This document shows positions 9,580 through 19,997 of a stretch of 64,000 nt of DNA, piece after piece (position 1 is the first letter of the stretch; every line of letters begins with the position of its first letter). The notes under the pieces were generated by a model that was not told the origin of the DNA, did no database searches, and saw only the letters and a list, made by a program, of their open reading frames with translations. The translations under genes and the position numbers were made by a program. Origin of the DNA: Candidatus Thorarchaeota archaeon (GTDB lineage: Archaea > Asgardarchaeota > Thorarchaeia > Thorarchaeales > Thorarchaeaceae). The stretch is from assembly GCA_046758445.1 (NCBI GenBank), contig JBHIAE010000001.1, positions 1 to 64,000 on the forward strand, in the 5' to 3' direction.

Positions 9580-10977
9580 CTATTCAACAGGCCATTTTGG
9601 CCTTATTTCTATGTCAGCACGTTCTAGAAGTGCTTGACTGTGCTCCACTGCCTTCTGCATCACTGTTTCTTCGTCGAGAGTCAACAGATTCTTGTTCATC
9701 ATCAGAACTCTTCCGTTGACTATGACCGTGTCGACTGCATGGCCACTTCCGGAGTACACTAGGTTCGACACAGGGTTGGAGTTGGGTGTCAAGCCAAGAT
9801 GTTTCATATCAACAAGGATGATGTCGGCTAGCTTCCCCGACTCAAGAGAACCAACTTCTTCAGCTATTCCCATGGCTTTGGCACCGCCTAGTGTTGCCAT
9901 CTCAATTGCCTCTTCTGCCGGAACAACAAGTGGGTCGTCCACTCTTGCCTTGTGGATGAGCGCCGCCATTCGCATCTCCCTAATCATGTCATAGGTGTTG
10001 TTGCTGGGCCCCCCATCGCAGCCTAGAGACACCGGAACTCCCATCTCTATCATCTCCGGGACACGAGCAAAGCCTGAGGCGAGCTTCATGTTGCTCGAAG
10101 GGCAGTGTGAGACGTTGGACTGTGTCACAGCCAAACGGTTCAGATCAGCATCATCGAAATGAATCCCATGTGCAAACACGATGTCCGGACCAAGCAAGCC
10201 CATGTCCTGTGTAAACTCAGTCAGGGTCATCCCGAAGTTGTCCTTCACATATCGTAGGTCATCTACAACTTCACCAAGGTGCATTGTCATTCGCGTGTCT
10301 TTCTCTCTACTCAGGCGCACTACTTCTCGGAACAGATCAGGAGTCACTGCTCCAAGCGACCTTAACCCGTACCACACCTGCAGACGCCCTTCTGCCTTGC
10401 TATGCCACTTGGCATGCATTCTGTCAGTTTCATCCAGACATGCGGCACGATTCTCGATCATCCCCGGATACATTATGTCATCGCTATCAGCATAGCCAGT
10501 CGAGTCCATCACTATCTTAGACAGGGCAGCTCGCAGCCCTGCCTTCTCAACTGCTTCCGCAATACCATTGAATCCGTAGCGGGTATGAATCATGCATTCT
10601 ACGAACGATGTGGTTCCGGTCCTTATCATCTCAGCCATGCAGAGCTCTGCGGAAACCTTGCCATCAGCCTCAGTGAAGTTGCCCTGAAGCACCCAGACGT
10701 ATCTCTTCAACCAATCAACCAGAGACACATCGTCCGCACATCCTCGTATGAGTGCCTGAGCAAGATGAACATGCGTATCAATCAGACCGGGCATCACAAT
10801 CATGTTGTTTGCATCCAGTACTATCTCCGCCTTCTCATCCGAGAGCTCACTGGTCCTTCCGATACTTGCTATCCTCCCTTCTTGCACGAAGACCGCACCA
10901 TCAGCTATGATACGACGCTTCTTGTCTAATGTGAGGACGTAGCCATTCTTGATGAGAATTGACTTTGCGGGCTGCAA
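9580..10977 (-). CDS. Metal-dependent amidohydrolase, MTA/SAH-8-oxoguanine-SsnA-type deaminase family
   Basis: PGLIDTHVH, MHLGE, HCPSSNMKL, GCDG; TTG start ~10977 after GGTGG. Confidence 0.85.
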   Translation of the reverse strand: MQPAKSILIKNGYVLTLDKKRRIIADGAVFVQEGRIASIGRTSELSDEKAEIVLDANNMIVMPGLIDTHVHLAQALIRGCADDVSLVDWLKRYVWVLQGNFTEADGKVSAELCMAEMIRTGTTSFVECMIHTRYGFNGIAEAVEKAGLRAALSKIVMDSTGYADSDDIMYPGMIENRAACLDETDRMHAKWHSKAEGRLQVWYGLRSLGAVTPDLFREVVRLSREKDTRMTMHLGEVVDDLRYVKDNFGMTLTEFTQDMGLLGPDIVFAHGIHFDDADLNRLAVTQSNVSHCPSSNMKLASGFARVPEMIEMGVPVSLGCDGGPSNNTYDMIREMRMAALIHKARVDDPLVVPAEEAIEMATLGGAKAMGIAEEVGSLESGKLADIILVDMKHLGLTPNSNPVSNLVYSGSGHAVDTVIVNGRVLMMNKNLLTLDEETVMQKAVEHSQALLERADIEIRPKWPVE

Positions 10978-11041
10978 GACACCACCCCAATGCTCTCCAG
11001 ACCTTACCTTGGTCATAATGGTTGTGGTTCTGAGAACGCGA

Positions 11042-12832
11042 CTACTGGGACTTGGACTTGTCAGCGAGCCTGAGTTCAATGGTCACTTCAAGGCCTTCCC
11101 GAGTACGACCCTTCACTCTATCAGTGAGCCTCAGCTCTGCTCCATACTTGTCAACAAGACGCCTGACAAGATGCAGGCCAACACCACCGTAACGCCTTTC
11201 CACGTCTAGGATGGCCTTCCGCTTTGAGGCACTGAGCCCAGGACCATCATCGGCAATGCTGAGGCTGAACGTTTCCTTCCTCTTCCTACCGGTAATCCAG
11301 AGGTGTCGTTTGTCGCTCTCGTTGTGCTTGACCGCATTCTCTAGCAGGTTCCACAGTAGTTGGGACAACGCACTGTCGGCCAGAACCATGACCCGACTTG
11401 GAATGCCGCTGATCTTGGTAGTCACCTCGTACTGTCTTGAGAGAAGGTCAATCTCCTTCTTTAGGACAGGTGTGAGGTTGACAGGGCCAACGCGCTCCCT
11501 CTTGGATGCTTCTGCCTTTCTCACCTTGGTGATAAGGTCTAGGCATCTATCCGCGCCATCAAGGATATACCGTTTGGCCCTCAACACTTCGTCCGAGCTG
11601 CAGTCGTCTTTGAGAAAACCACCGCCAGCAATTATGAGCTGCATCTGATTTCCGATGTCATGCATCAGAAGGTCCAACAGAAAGCGCACTTCATCCTCTG
11701 CAGACTTCAGGTCTGTCACTTCTGTGAAGATGGCAAAGCTTCCCGTGTATTTCCCATCCGGGTCATGCATGGGCGCCGCGGACACCATGGCGGGAATGAA
11801 TTCGCCGGTTTTGTGAATGAGAGTGGCCTCATAGTGTTCAACCTCACCTCGTTTCCTCGCGGCTTTCCTTTCGCGAAACTTCTCATCTGTGAGTCCATTT
11901 ATCATCTCTGTGTTAGACTTGCCGATCAGCTCACCTTTCTCATAGCCAAGCATCTCATTCAAGGCCGCATTGGTGTAGACGATTATACCGTTCTCGTCGT
12001 CCACGCCCATTCCCGCAGTCATAGTTTCCACGAGTTGACGGTAGTTTCTTTCTGAGTCCTGAAGCATCCGCTCATGCACCTTCTGCTCAGTGATATCCAT
12101 GAGCTGAGCGACAGTCTTGGTCTTGCCATCGCTGCCCGTCATTGTGCTAGCATGAATGCGTACATCCCTCGGCGTGCCGTCGCTCCGACGTATCTTGAAT
12201 TCGTACGTGGGAGGCACTTTCTCGCCTTGCTGTCTCCTCTTGTATCGTTCTGCCACCATGTCTAGGCTATCGGGATGAACGTACTGGCGAAAGTCACTTC
12301 CCAGAAGCTCACCCCTCCTCACTCCGACAATATCACAGAGCTTGTCGTTGACGTATTCAAAACGGTACTTGCCATCAATGATCATTATACCATTGAAGCT
12401 GGAGTACTCGACAATGTACTCGAGGAGATCTATCCGCTCTCGTATCTTCTCCTCCACTGCTACCCTCCGAGAGAGATCCACAATATAAGCAACAAAGCCG
12501 ACCAACTCCTGGCCTGAGAGAATTCGGTCAGCGTATGCCTGTGTTGGAACCTTCACGTTGTCTTTTCTTACGACCCGAAGACTCAGGGAGGTAGGTTTGG
12601 CACCGTTCCGAAGCGCTTGAATGCCCCTGTGCACTGTTTCTCGCTGTTCCTTAGCAACCAGTGTTTCAATATGAACTCCCCTTCTTACGTCAGTTTCATC
12701 CAATCCTAGGAGTTCAAGGGCCTTTGCGTTGGCATATGAAAGAGAGAGTTTGAGGTCAAATTCCAAGACTGGAATGAGCATAGAATCCGCGACCTCTCTG
12801 AAACGCCTCCTTTCCTTTGCCATGTCATTCAC
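11042..12832 (-). CDS. Cytoplasmic sensor histidine kinase with three PAS/PAC domains
   Basis: Three PAS repeats; H-box LMHDIGNQ, N-box NLLENAVKH, DDGPG, GGVGL. Confidence 0.9.
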   Translation of the reverse strand: MNDMAKERRRFREVADSMLIPVLEFDLKLSLSYANAKALELLGLDETDVRRGVHIETLVAKEQRETVHRGIQALRNGAKPTSLSLRVVRKDNVKVPTQAYADRILSGQELVGFVAYIVDLSRRVAVEEKIRERIDLLEYIVEYSSFNGIMIIDGKYRFEYVNDKLCDIVGVRRGELLGSDFRQYVHPDSLDMVAERYKRRQQGEKVPPTYEFKIRRSDGTPRDVRIHASTMTGSDGKTKTVAQLMDITEQKVHERMLQDSERNYRQLVETMTAGMGVDDENGIIVYTNAALNEMLGYEKGELIGKSNTEMINGLTDEKFRERKAARKRGEVEHYEATLIHKTGEFIPAMVSAAPMHDPDGKYTGSFAIFTEVTDLKSAEDEVRFLLDLLMHDIGNQMQLIIAGGGFLKDDCSSDEVLRAKRYILDGADRCLDLITKVRKAEASKRERVGPVNLTPVLKKEIDLLSRQYEVTTKISGIPSRVMVLADSALSQLLWNLLENAVKHNESDKRHLWITGRKRKETFSLSIADDGPGLSASKRKAILDVERRYGGVGLHLVRRLVDKYGAELRLTDRVKGRTREGLEVTIELRLADKSKSQ

Positions 12833-12881
12833 AATTCCCGTGCCAATTGCTTCGACGAATCACGCGATAATTAATAGGTCC

Positions 12882-12929
12882 TAATAAGTGTTCATAACTT
12901 CAACATTTGCTGTCTTTGCTCACTTATTA
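12882..12929. promoter_or_regulatory. Inverted repeat TAATAAGTG-N30-CACTTATTA in the divergent promoter region
   Basis: Perfect 9-bp inverted repeat in the AT-rich spacer between the kinase and AOR operon. Confidence 0.35.
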
Positions 12930-13129
12930 AAGAATGCCTGTCTATATCATTAGACTCCAAAGCTATCAGATTATTATACCTAGTCATTGTTGAAATCAGG
13001 CGTCGATGCATAGGAAACACTCTGCGGGCAACATGATCGTTTCCGATTCTTCGTTGAATGGCACAACTTAAAGGGCCCAACAGGAGCAGAAAAGGAGTCA
13101 CCTGAGAAAGAATCGAGAGTCTGACCCAC

Positions 13130-13621
13130 ATGAAGAGTATTCTCGCAATTGATGTCAATACATGCACGGGCTGCCGAAACTGCGAGCTTGCTTGTTCAGT
13201 CACCCATACTAGAACCTTCAATCCAGCTAGATCGCGAATACGCATATTGAAAGACGAGAACCAGAGTCTGATCATGCCCATGGTCTGCCTTCAATGCGAA
13301 GAGGCACTGTGTGAATCGGCATGTCCACCAGGGGCCATAGTTGAGAATGAGAAAGAAACCCTCTTTGTGAGAGAAGAGGACTGCATTGGATGTAGTAACT
13401 GCGTGACAGCTTGTGTCTATGGCGGTATTGAGATTGACCCAATGACCTTGAAGGCAATCAAATGCGACCTCTGTGGTGGAGATCCTGCGTGTGTGAAGGC
13501 TTGTGATTATGGAGCCATCAAGTTCGTCAAAGATGACCCACAAGGGCTTCGGCAAAGAAACCAAGGCTTGAAGCTGCTAGCTTCGATCTACGGTCAAGAA
13601 GGGCAGGAGGCGGAGCCATGA
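13130..13621 (+). CDS. 4x[4Fe-4S] electron-transfer subunit (DmsB/HycB-like) of AOR-1
   Basis: CTGCRNCELAC, CLQCEEALCESACP, CIGCSNCVTAC, KCDLC...CVKAC; ATGA overlap with AOR. Confidence 0.9.
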   Translation: MKSILAIDVNTCTGCRNCELACSVTHTRTFNPARSRIRILKDENQSLIMPMVCLQCEEALCESACPPGAIVENEKETLFVREEDCIGCSNCVTACVYGGIEIDPMTLKAIKCDLCGGDPACVKACDYGAIKFVKDDPQGLRQRNQGLKLLASIYGQEGQEAEP

Positions 13622-15552
13622 GTTTTCCATACAAGGGATATGCAGGACACTATGCCGAAATCGACCTCACGAAGGGAAAGATCTACAGACGCGAGATGGA
13701 GAAGGACTGGGCACGACTATTCCTAGGAGGGACGGGAGTCGCGGCCAAGATTCTCTGGGAAACCACTGGACCAGAGACCGACCCTCTCTCTCCTGAGAAC
13801 GTTCTCGTGGCTGGGACTGGCCCTCTCACTGGAGTGATGTTCTCACCGTCTGGCAGGTTCATGTTTGCTGCCAAGGGGCCTCTGACCGGTGTATGGGCTG
13901 AGGCACATTCTGGGGGCTTCTTTGGAGCAGAGATGAAGTATGCTGGTTTTGACTTCGTCATCTTCCGGGGGCGCTCCCCCAAACCGGTCTACCTATTCCT
14001 CCGTGACGGAAAGGCCGAGATAGTCGATGCCACTCGGCTCTGGGGTCTTGAAACTGATGTCACATCGAACATGATCAGAGAGGAACACAAGGACCCTTCA
14101 ATTGAGACCGCTGTCATAGGCCCAGCCGGAGAGAATGGTGTTCTCTATTCGAGCATCATAGTTGACTACTACCGTGCGGCTGGCCGTGCAGGGCTAGGCA
14201 CAGTCATGGGCTCCAAGAATGTAAAGGGAATCGCTGCCAGTGGCTCGCTGGGCCTTGAGGCCTATGACATGGACAGGTATCTGGAGGCGAATGAGGTTGA
14301 GATGGAGAAGCTCAACGACCCCCTCTGGACGGACTCCCTTGCTTCTCTGCGCAGGTACGGGACAACCGACCTTGTTGCTGTCATCAACGAGATTGGACGG
14401 CTTCCGACGAAGAACCATTGGACCGGATTCTACGAAGATGCTGATGACATTGGACCCGAGGTGATCGCTGACAGATACAGAATCGCGCAGGAGGCATGCC
14501 ACGGGTGCGCCGTTGGCTGCAAGTACATCTATCGTGTAAGAGAGGGGAGATTCACAGGAGGTCCTTGGGGCGGATCTGAGTACGAGTCAATAATGGCATT
14601 TGGCTCCAACTGTCTCAACAATGACATCGAGTCGGTCTTTCACATGGGGACAAGGTGTGATCTTCTTGGGATGGACACTATTTCCTGCGGGAAGTCGATA
14701 GGTTTCGCCATGGAGTTGTGGGAGAAGGGAATAATAACTTCAAAGGACACTGACGGACTAGACCTCTCTTGGGGAAATGTAGACTCGATGGTCGAGCTTG
14801 TGGAGAAGATATCGAAGAGAGAGGGATTTGGTGATACTCTGTCCAAGGGAGTGCGTAAAGCGGCGGAGATAATCGGCGGAGATGCATGGATGTATGCTGT
14901 TCATGTAAAAGGGCTTGAAGCATCAGGTCAGGACCCACGGGCACATCAGTCAGTCGGCTTGACGTATGCCACAAATGCCCGCGGGGCTGATCACCTCCGG
15001 AGTCTCTCTAGTCTTGAAGAACTAGGATATCCAGATATCGTCACCAAGAGATTCGGAAAGGAGAAGACAAAGGCTATTCTCGAGATAATGTCTCCAGAAC
15101 ACAAGGGCGAGGTCGTGAAGGACATTGAGGATCTGTACGCGCTGGTGGACTCTGCAGTGATCTGCAAGTACGGGACTATGTGGCCTCCTGTGTTCTACTT
15201 TGATACCTTCGAGAATGTAATCGCGCCTCTGACTGGAATGCAGGAATGGTCGGATCCCAGGTTTGTCAGAAGTGCCGCAGAGAGAATAAACCATCTAAGA
15301 CGCGCATACAATCACCGACTAGGTATCACACGGAAAGATGAAACACTTCCGAAACGCCTCAAGGAAGAACCTATGCCGACAGGCCCAGCCAAGGGAGGGC
15401 TTCCAGACATCGAACAAATGCTTGATGAGTACTACGACTTCCGAGGCTGCGACAGGGAAACTGGATTTCCAAAGAAGTCGAAACTTAAAGAACTCGAGCT
15501 TGACTACGTGGTTGCTGACCTAGGCAAACGAAACATGCTGGCCAAGGAGTAG
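13618..15552 (+). CDS. Tungsten aldehyde:ferredoxin oxidoreductase family protein (AOR-1)
   Basis: AAGRAGLGTVMGSKN, CHGCAVGC, EYES, DLLGMDTIS, RGADHL, ICKY. Confidence 0.92.
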   Translation: MSFPYKGYAGHYAEIDLTKGKIYRREMEKDWARLFLGGTGVAAKILWETTGPETDPLSPENVLVAGTGPLTGVMFSPSGRFMFAAKGPLTGVWAEAHSGGFFGAEMKYAGFDFVIFRGRSPKPVYLFLRDGKAEIVDATRLWGLETDVTSNMIREEHKDPSIETAVIGPAGENGVLYSSIIVDYYRAAGRAGLGTVMGSKNVKGIAASGSLGLEAYDMDRYLEANEVEMEKLNDPLWTDSLASLRRYGTTDLVAVINEIGRLPTKNHWTGFYEDADDIGPEVIADRYRIAQEACHGCAVGCKYIYRVREGRFTGGPWGGSEYESIMAFGSNCLNNDIESVFHMGTRCDLLGMDTISCGKSIGFAMELWEKGIITSKDTDGLDLSWGNVDSMVELVEKISKREGFGDTLSKGVRKAAEIIGGDAWMYAVHVKGLEASGQDPRAHQSVGLTYATNARGADHLRSLSSLEELGYPDIVTKRFGKEKTKAILEIMSPEHKGEVVKDIEDLYALVDSAVICKYGTMWPPVFYFDTFENVIAPLTGMQEWSDPRFVRSAAERINHLRRAYNHRLGITRKDETLPKRLKEEPMPTGPAKGGLPDIEQMLDEYYDFRGCDRETGFPKKSKLKELELDYVVADLGKRNMLAKE

Positions 15553-16652
15553 TGTCAATGGCTAACCTACGTGTTGACATAGCTGGGCTGAAGTTCCGGA
15601 ATCCAGTGCTTACTGCGGCAGGACCCACATCAAGGGACGGAATGACTCTGCTGAATGCAGCGGCAGGAGGGGCTGGAGGACTAGTGGCGAAAACGGTCAG
15701 CGTTAGACCCGCGGAGGTCCCAAAGCCTAACATGACAGCACTGGGCAGTGGGAGGATTGTGTCAAGGCGAGGGATTCTGAATGCCGAGCTGTGGAGTGAG
15801 CTGCCATTTGAGAGATGGTTGGAGAGTGAATACTCGATAGCACTCGGAACAGGTCTACCAGTCATTGCCAGCGTAGGCTATGCTCCGGAGGAGGTGGCGA
15901 CTCTCGCTCCTAGGATTCAGGAAAAGGGTGTTCATGCTATCGAGTTCAGTACTCATTACGTCGGTGGTCATGTAGAGATTGCCAAGACCTTGAAGGAGTC
16001 GGTTGACATCCCGGTCTTTGCAAAGATCAGCCCAAAGGTCGATGTTGTGGAAGTTACAAAATCGCTTGAGAAGGTAGTAGACGGAATCGTTGCAATCAAT
16101 ACATACGGACCCTGCTTAAGAATAGACATTGAATCAGGGAAGCCAATGCTTGGAAGCGAGGGGGGTCAAGGATGGATGAGCGGGTCAGCTTTGAAACCCA
16201 TAGCACTACGGTGCGTTGCAGACATTGCTAGGTCAACCAAGAAGCCAGTATTTGGAGTCGGCGGAGTCATGACAGGAGAGGACGCTATTGAGTTCTTCAT
16301 GGCGGGTGCCTCTGCGGTCGAGGTCTGTACTGCTGCAATCCTGGAGGGCGATACTGTATATGGCCGCATTGCCTCTCAGATAGATGAGTGGCTTGAAGCC
16401 AATGGTTACGACTCGGTTGAGGATATCAGGGGCATGGCCCTGCCTCATCTTGAGAGAGGCATCGTCTTGGAGCCGCCACCCAAGTTGGACCGTGATCGAT
16501 GTACACTCTGCGGTCTTTGTAAGAAGTCATGTGTCTACCACGCCATCACGATTGACAAGGCCGTAGGCCTCATTGCATTCGATGAGAGTGCCTGTGAGGC
16601 ATGTGGCATGTGCATCTCCGTATGTCCACACAATGCACTTAGCGTAGAGTAG
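15552..16652 (+). CDS. Dihydroorotate/dihydropyrimidine dehydrogenase (PreA-like) FMN protein with C-terminal 2x[4Fe-4S] domain
   Basis: NPVLTAAGP, VAKT, KISP, AINT, SGSALKP, GVGG, C-terminal CTLCGLC...C and CEACGMC...CP. Confidence 0.85.
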   Translation: MSMANLRVDIAGLKFRNPVLTAAGPTSRDGMTLLNAAAGGAGGLVAKTVSVRPAEVPKPNMTALGSGRIVSRRGILNAELWSELPFERWLESEYSIALGTGLPVIASVGYAPEEVATLAPRIQEKGVHAIEFSTHYVGGHVEIAKTLKESVDIPVFAKISPKVDVVEVTKSLEKVVDGIVAINTYGPCLRIDIESGKPMLGSEGGQGWMSGSALKPIALRCVADIARSTKKPVFGVGGVMTGEDAIEFFMAGASAVEVCTAAILEGDTVYGRIASQIDEWLEANGYDSVEDIRGMALPHLERGIVLEPPPKLDRDRCTLCGLCKKSCVYHAITIDKAVGLIAFDESACEACGMCISVCPHNALSVE

Positions 16653-17027
16653 TATCAGGGCATCAAGCAGCTAGTGAGAGCCTGTACAATCTTAAGACTC
16701 GTAAGACATTCACCTGCTGTCAATGCCTGGCATCATGCCATGGTCAGAAGACAGAAACTGAATTAGACGTGCCGCCACAGTCTTCCACTATGGCGTACAG
16801 GAAACACTTCAATACAAACCCTCTTGTCATCAAGTCAAGTGGCTAGGTGGTGGATATTCGAAAGCTGAGCATTTCTAAGGTTTATGGTGTTTGAATGAAC
16901 CATTTTGAATGATTATGAAGCCTTTTTTCTGATTAGAAGGTTTATCCACTTCGTTGGCCGGACCAGTTCAGAAATCTGTTAAATGGTCATTATATATACG
17001 AACACGAAGCGACTCTTGGTGATATGA

Positions 17028-17309
17028 CTGCCATCACATCAAGTACGCGAAATAGAAACAAACAGAATCATCCAGCTACCCCCAAACACCGTTCCACCTC
17101 AGATTGAGGATCTGATTCTCCTTGCCTTCGGAAAAGGTGTCATAGAGTTTGAAGCTACTCTCTATGAGAAGTTCCACCGTCTCTCTCAGGACATCATTGT
17201 TACGACGAAGGATTTCCGGTGGCACTTGGAGAACATGGAAGAGAGAGGACTCCTCGTTTCATGTGAGTTTAATGGAGAATCCTGCTGGAGTCGGCTCACA
17301 GAATCTTAA
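17028..17309 (+). CDS. Small winged-helix-like protein, probable CTG start (not in ORF track)
   Basis: Open frame MPSHQVREIETNRIIQLPPNTVPPQIEDLILLAFGKGVIEFEATLYEKFHRLSQDIIVTTKDFRWHLENMEERGLLVSCEFNGESCWSRLTES; GGTGAT RBS and TTATATATA box (16990-16998) upstream. Confidence 0.5.
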   Translation: MPSHQVREIETNRIIQLPPNTVPPQIEDLILLAFGKGVIEFEATLYEKFHRLSQDIIVTTKDFRWHLENMEERGLLVSCEFNGESCWSRLTES

Positions 17310-17762
17310 GGGATGCTTACTGAATAGGGTTTATTGCGAAATGTAATGTCACCATGGCAGGATATGGTTTCGTGTGACTCCACGGTCCCTGCCATCAGTT
17401 TCACTTGGATTGTTACACTCCCATTCCCCTGAGCCCTGACACTTTTCAACCGTCGGTTCTCCTCATCGAGCTCACATAGGGCATAACTCGCACCACCCTC
17501 AAAAGGTGCGTTCATCAGCGGGAGATTCGGTACAGGCTTGCATGAGCAATCATCATTGGTTTCTTTGAGTACCTGATCTCATTTGCCCCAGAGTGGAACC
17601 GTGTCACTTGCCAGTGTATGGGTCTGAAGAGCATCATCAAGCTCAGCGAACAGAACCGGACCGCGATGTCCACCGAACCCGTTTGCTTGCACATTCATGA
17701 CTGAGTTTCCAACTTCCAGACAGGCTTGGTGTTTGCGTCCAACTCACGATGATAGGTTTGCC

Positions 17763-18956
17763 TTAGAGATAGAGTATCTCATCGAGACCTGCGGTAAGAA
17801 GTGTAGCCTTTCGTTTGGTCACGACATAGTCGTTCTCGATCCTCACTCCGCCAAGCGCCTTGAGATACACACCCGGTTCAATCGCCATGACATTTCCTGC
17901 CTTGAAATGGTCCTCTCGTTTATACATGCTCGGGAACTCATGGACCGAGAGACCGATGCCATGACCAAGTCCATGAGTCATTCCTTCTGTAGCTGCAGGG
18001 TTCAGGCGTCGGGAGTCATAGCCGTTCTTCTTCAGCGTTTCTGCACATACCAGATTGACTTCGTCTATGTTCACTCCATCGGTGAGTGCGTCAATGGAAA
18101 CGTCTGCTGCAGCCTGAACAGACTCTAAGACATGCCGAACCTCTTCGGTCGGAGAGCCTCTGACGAATGTACGCGTCACATCTGCCACATAACGGTCCAT
18201 GGTCAGTCTTGGGAAGACGTCGAGGATGATAGGAACATATGCTTTAAGCTCGTCCCCAGGAACTCCCAGATAGTGCCAGTCGAAGGCCTTCTTGCCCACG
18301 GCGAGAATAGTATCTTCTGCAGACTGGGCGTCATTATCCAGAAGGTAGTGCTCCAGTGCAAGCTTGACATCCCTAACAGTCATCGGTTTGCCTTTATACA
18401 TGAGTGTCTTGTTTGGCCCAATCTCAGAGTCCTTCACCATCTCCATGACTCTAGACATTGCCCCTATGGTGGCATCTCCGGCCTTCTTGATCGCCTTCAC
18501 CTCTCTCTCCGACTTGGTTGCCCTTGCCTCCATCATGAGGTCATCTACAACTTTGACCTCGTAGCCGAGCTTCTGGACGATTGCTAACACCTTGGCAGTC
18601 GTATTCTCAGGGATACCTATGGTCTTGCCCGAGAAGATACTACTCAGAATTTCTTGAAACACAACATCAAGATGCTCGGGGATTCGCTTATTCTCCTTCA
18701 TGAGCTTGACAAAGACACTCGTTAGGTCATGGGTGGTCTTGATGCGGCTCTCCTTCTCAACGCGTTCAAGTGTGTTGAAGGCAGCCGCAACGATCGGCTT
18801 GTCGTCCTTGTTTTGGATGAATATTATCTCATCAGGGGATCTGAATTCAGTAAGCCAGAACACATCGGGTGTTTCAAAGGCACTCCCCACTGTAAAGAGT
18901 GCATCAATTCCATACTTGTCCATGAGCGTGTCCAGGTCGCCAAGCATTTGCAACAC
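17763..18956 (-). CDS. Xaa-Pro aminopeptidase/prolidase (M24B)
   Basis: DVFP...ADVTRT, THGLGHGIGLSVHE, IEPGVY, GGVRIEND. Confidence 0.92.
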   Translation of the reverse strand: MLQMLGDLDTLMDKYGIDALFTVGSAFETPDVFWLTEFRSPDEIIFIQNKDDKPIVAAAFNTLERVEKESRIKTTHDLTSVFVKLMKENKRIPEHLDVVFQEILSSIFSGKTIGIPENTTAKVLAIVQKLGYEVKVVDDLMMEARATKSEREVKAIKKAGDATIGAMSRVMEMVKDSEIGPNKTLMYKGKPMTVRDVKLALEHYLLDNDAQSAEDTILAVGKKAFDWHYLGVPGDELKAYVPIILDVFPRLTMDRYVADVTRTFVRGSPTEEVRHVLESVQAAADVSIDALTDGVNIDEVNLVCAETLKKNGYDSRRLNPAATEGMTHGLGHGIGLSVHEFPSMYKREDHFKAGNVMAIEPGVYLKALGGVRIENDYVVTKRKATLLTAGLDEILYL

Positions 18957-18996
18957 CGTCTTGACGCAAAGACCAGCCGATGAAAAAGGCTTCCTT

Positions 18997-19890
18997 TCAA
19001 GCCTGTGCGTATGGTTTCATTCTACGCTCAATTTGCTCTCGAGTGGGCATTTCATATGGCCCAGCCGTTTCCACATTGAACGACGAACAGGTTGCACCAA
19101 ACAGACCGGCGCGCTTCACATCGCCAGTCCGCATGTATTCAAGCAGGAATCCAATGGCATAGGTGTCTCCACACCCTGTAGAGTCGACCTGAGCATTGGC
19201 CAGAACCAGTGGAATATCCACCTGTATGTTGCGCGTATATATCGTGGAACCTTTCTGGTGACGCGTCACGAGAATCATCCTCGGACCCAAGCTCAGCAAC
19301 TCTGTAGCTGCAGAAAGCTCAGACTTGGCATCTACGGCCGTGGCCAGCTCACTCTCATTCAATTTCACCACGTCAACAAGCCTCACAACATCATCGCGTC
19401 CTTCCCATTCTTTCTGAACAATCATCTTCCCTTTGGTTGCTCTTAGATATCCTTGAGCATCCAATGAGATCAGACCTCCACTCGACCTTGCGGCTTCAAT
19501 CATGGAAGCTGGTATTTCGTCAGATGTCAGGGGGCAGAAGTGGTAGATGCTAGCTCCAAGATGCTTTGGCCGCATATCATCCAATTGCAGAGGTGGTGCT
19601 ATGGCTTCCACTCTCTGGGTCCGGACACCACTCTCATCGTATTCGTTGATGAAACGTGTGGATTTGGAACCCCTCTCCACAAGACCATCGAGATCCAGGC
19701 CTGAGTCCCGTAGAACCTGCGTGTACTCCTCCTCAAAGTCGGCACCAACACAACTCACGATGCCGGCGCCAAACGCCTCAAGGGCCATTGCAAGCATTGC
19801 ATAAGCGGTTCCCCCACCAATGGTTTCCCTTGTTGATTCCGGCGTAATGACCAAATCTCTGCTTAGATGACCAACTACGACGAGCTCCAT
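18997..19890 (-). CDS. PfkB/ribokinase-family sugar or nucleoside kinase
   Basis: GGGTAY, KLNESE, DSTGCGD. Confidence 0.9.
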   Translation of the reverse strand: MELVVVGHLSRDLVITPESTRETIGGGTAYAMLAMALEAFGAGIVSCVGADFEEEYTQVLRDSGLDLDGLVERGSKSTRFINEYDESGVRTQRVEAIAPPLQLDDMRPKHLGASIYHFCPLTSDEIPASMIEAARSSGGLISLDAQGYLRATKGKMIVQKEWEGRDDVVRLVDVVKLNESELATAVDAKSELSAATELLSLGPRMILVTRHQKGSTIYTRNIQVDIPLVLANAQVDSTGCGDTYAIGFLLEYMRTGDVKRAGLFGATCSSFNVETAGPYEMPTREQIERRMKPYAQA

Positions 19891-19997
19891 TGGGTTTTAC
19901 CTCCTCATTCGCACCAGGCGAAGTAAATGAACATCCACTCCTCTGCAATGCAGCCTATATTTCCTCTGCATCTGGGAACTTACCCCAAGACGCAGAA

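Noticed and set aside
17306-17698. Minus-strand frame with one in-frame TGA (17581-79) extending the 69-aa ORF to 130 aa
   Set aside because: No recognisable motif or Sec context; probably non-coding or a decayed remnant.
18700-19446. 248-aa plus-strand ORF and the many other ORFs antisense to or nested in called genes
   Set aside because: Shadow ORFs of well-supported genes with no motifs.
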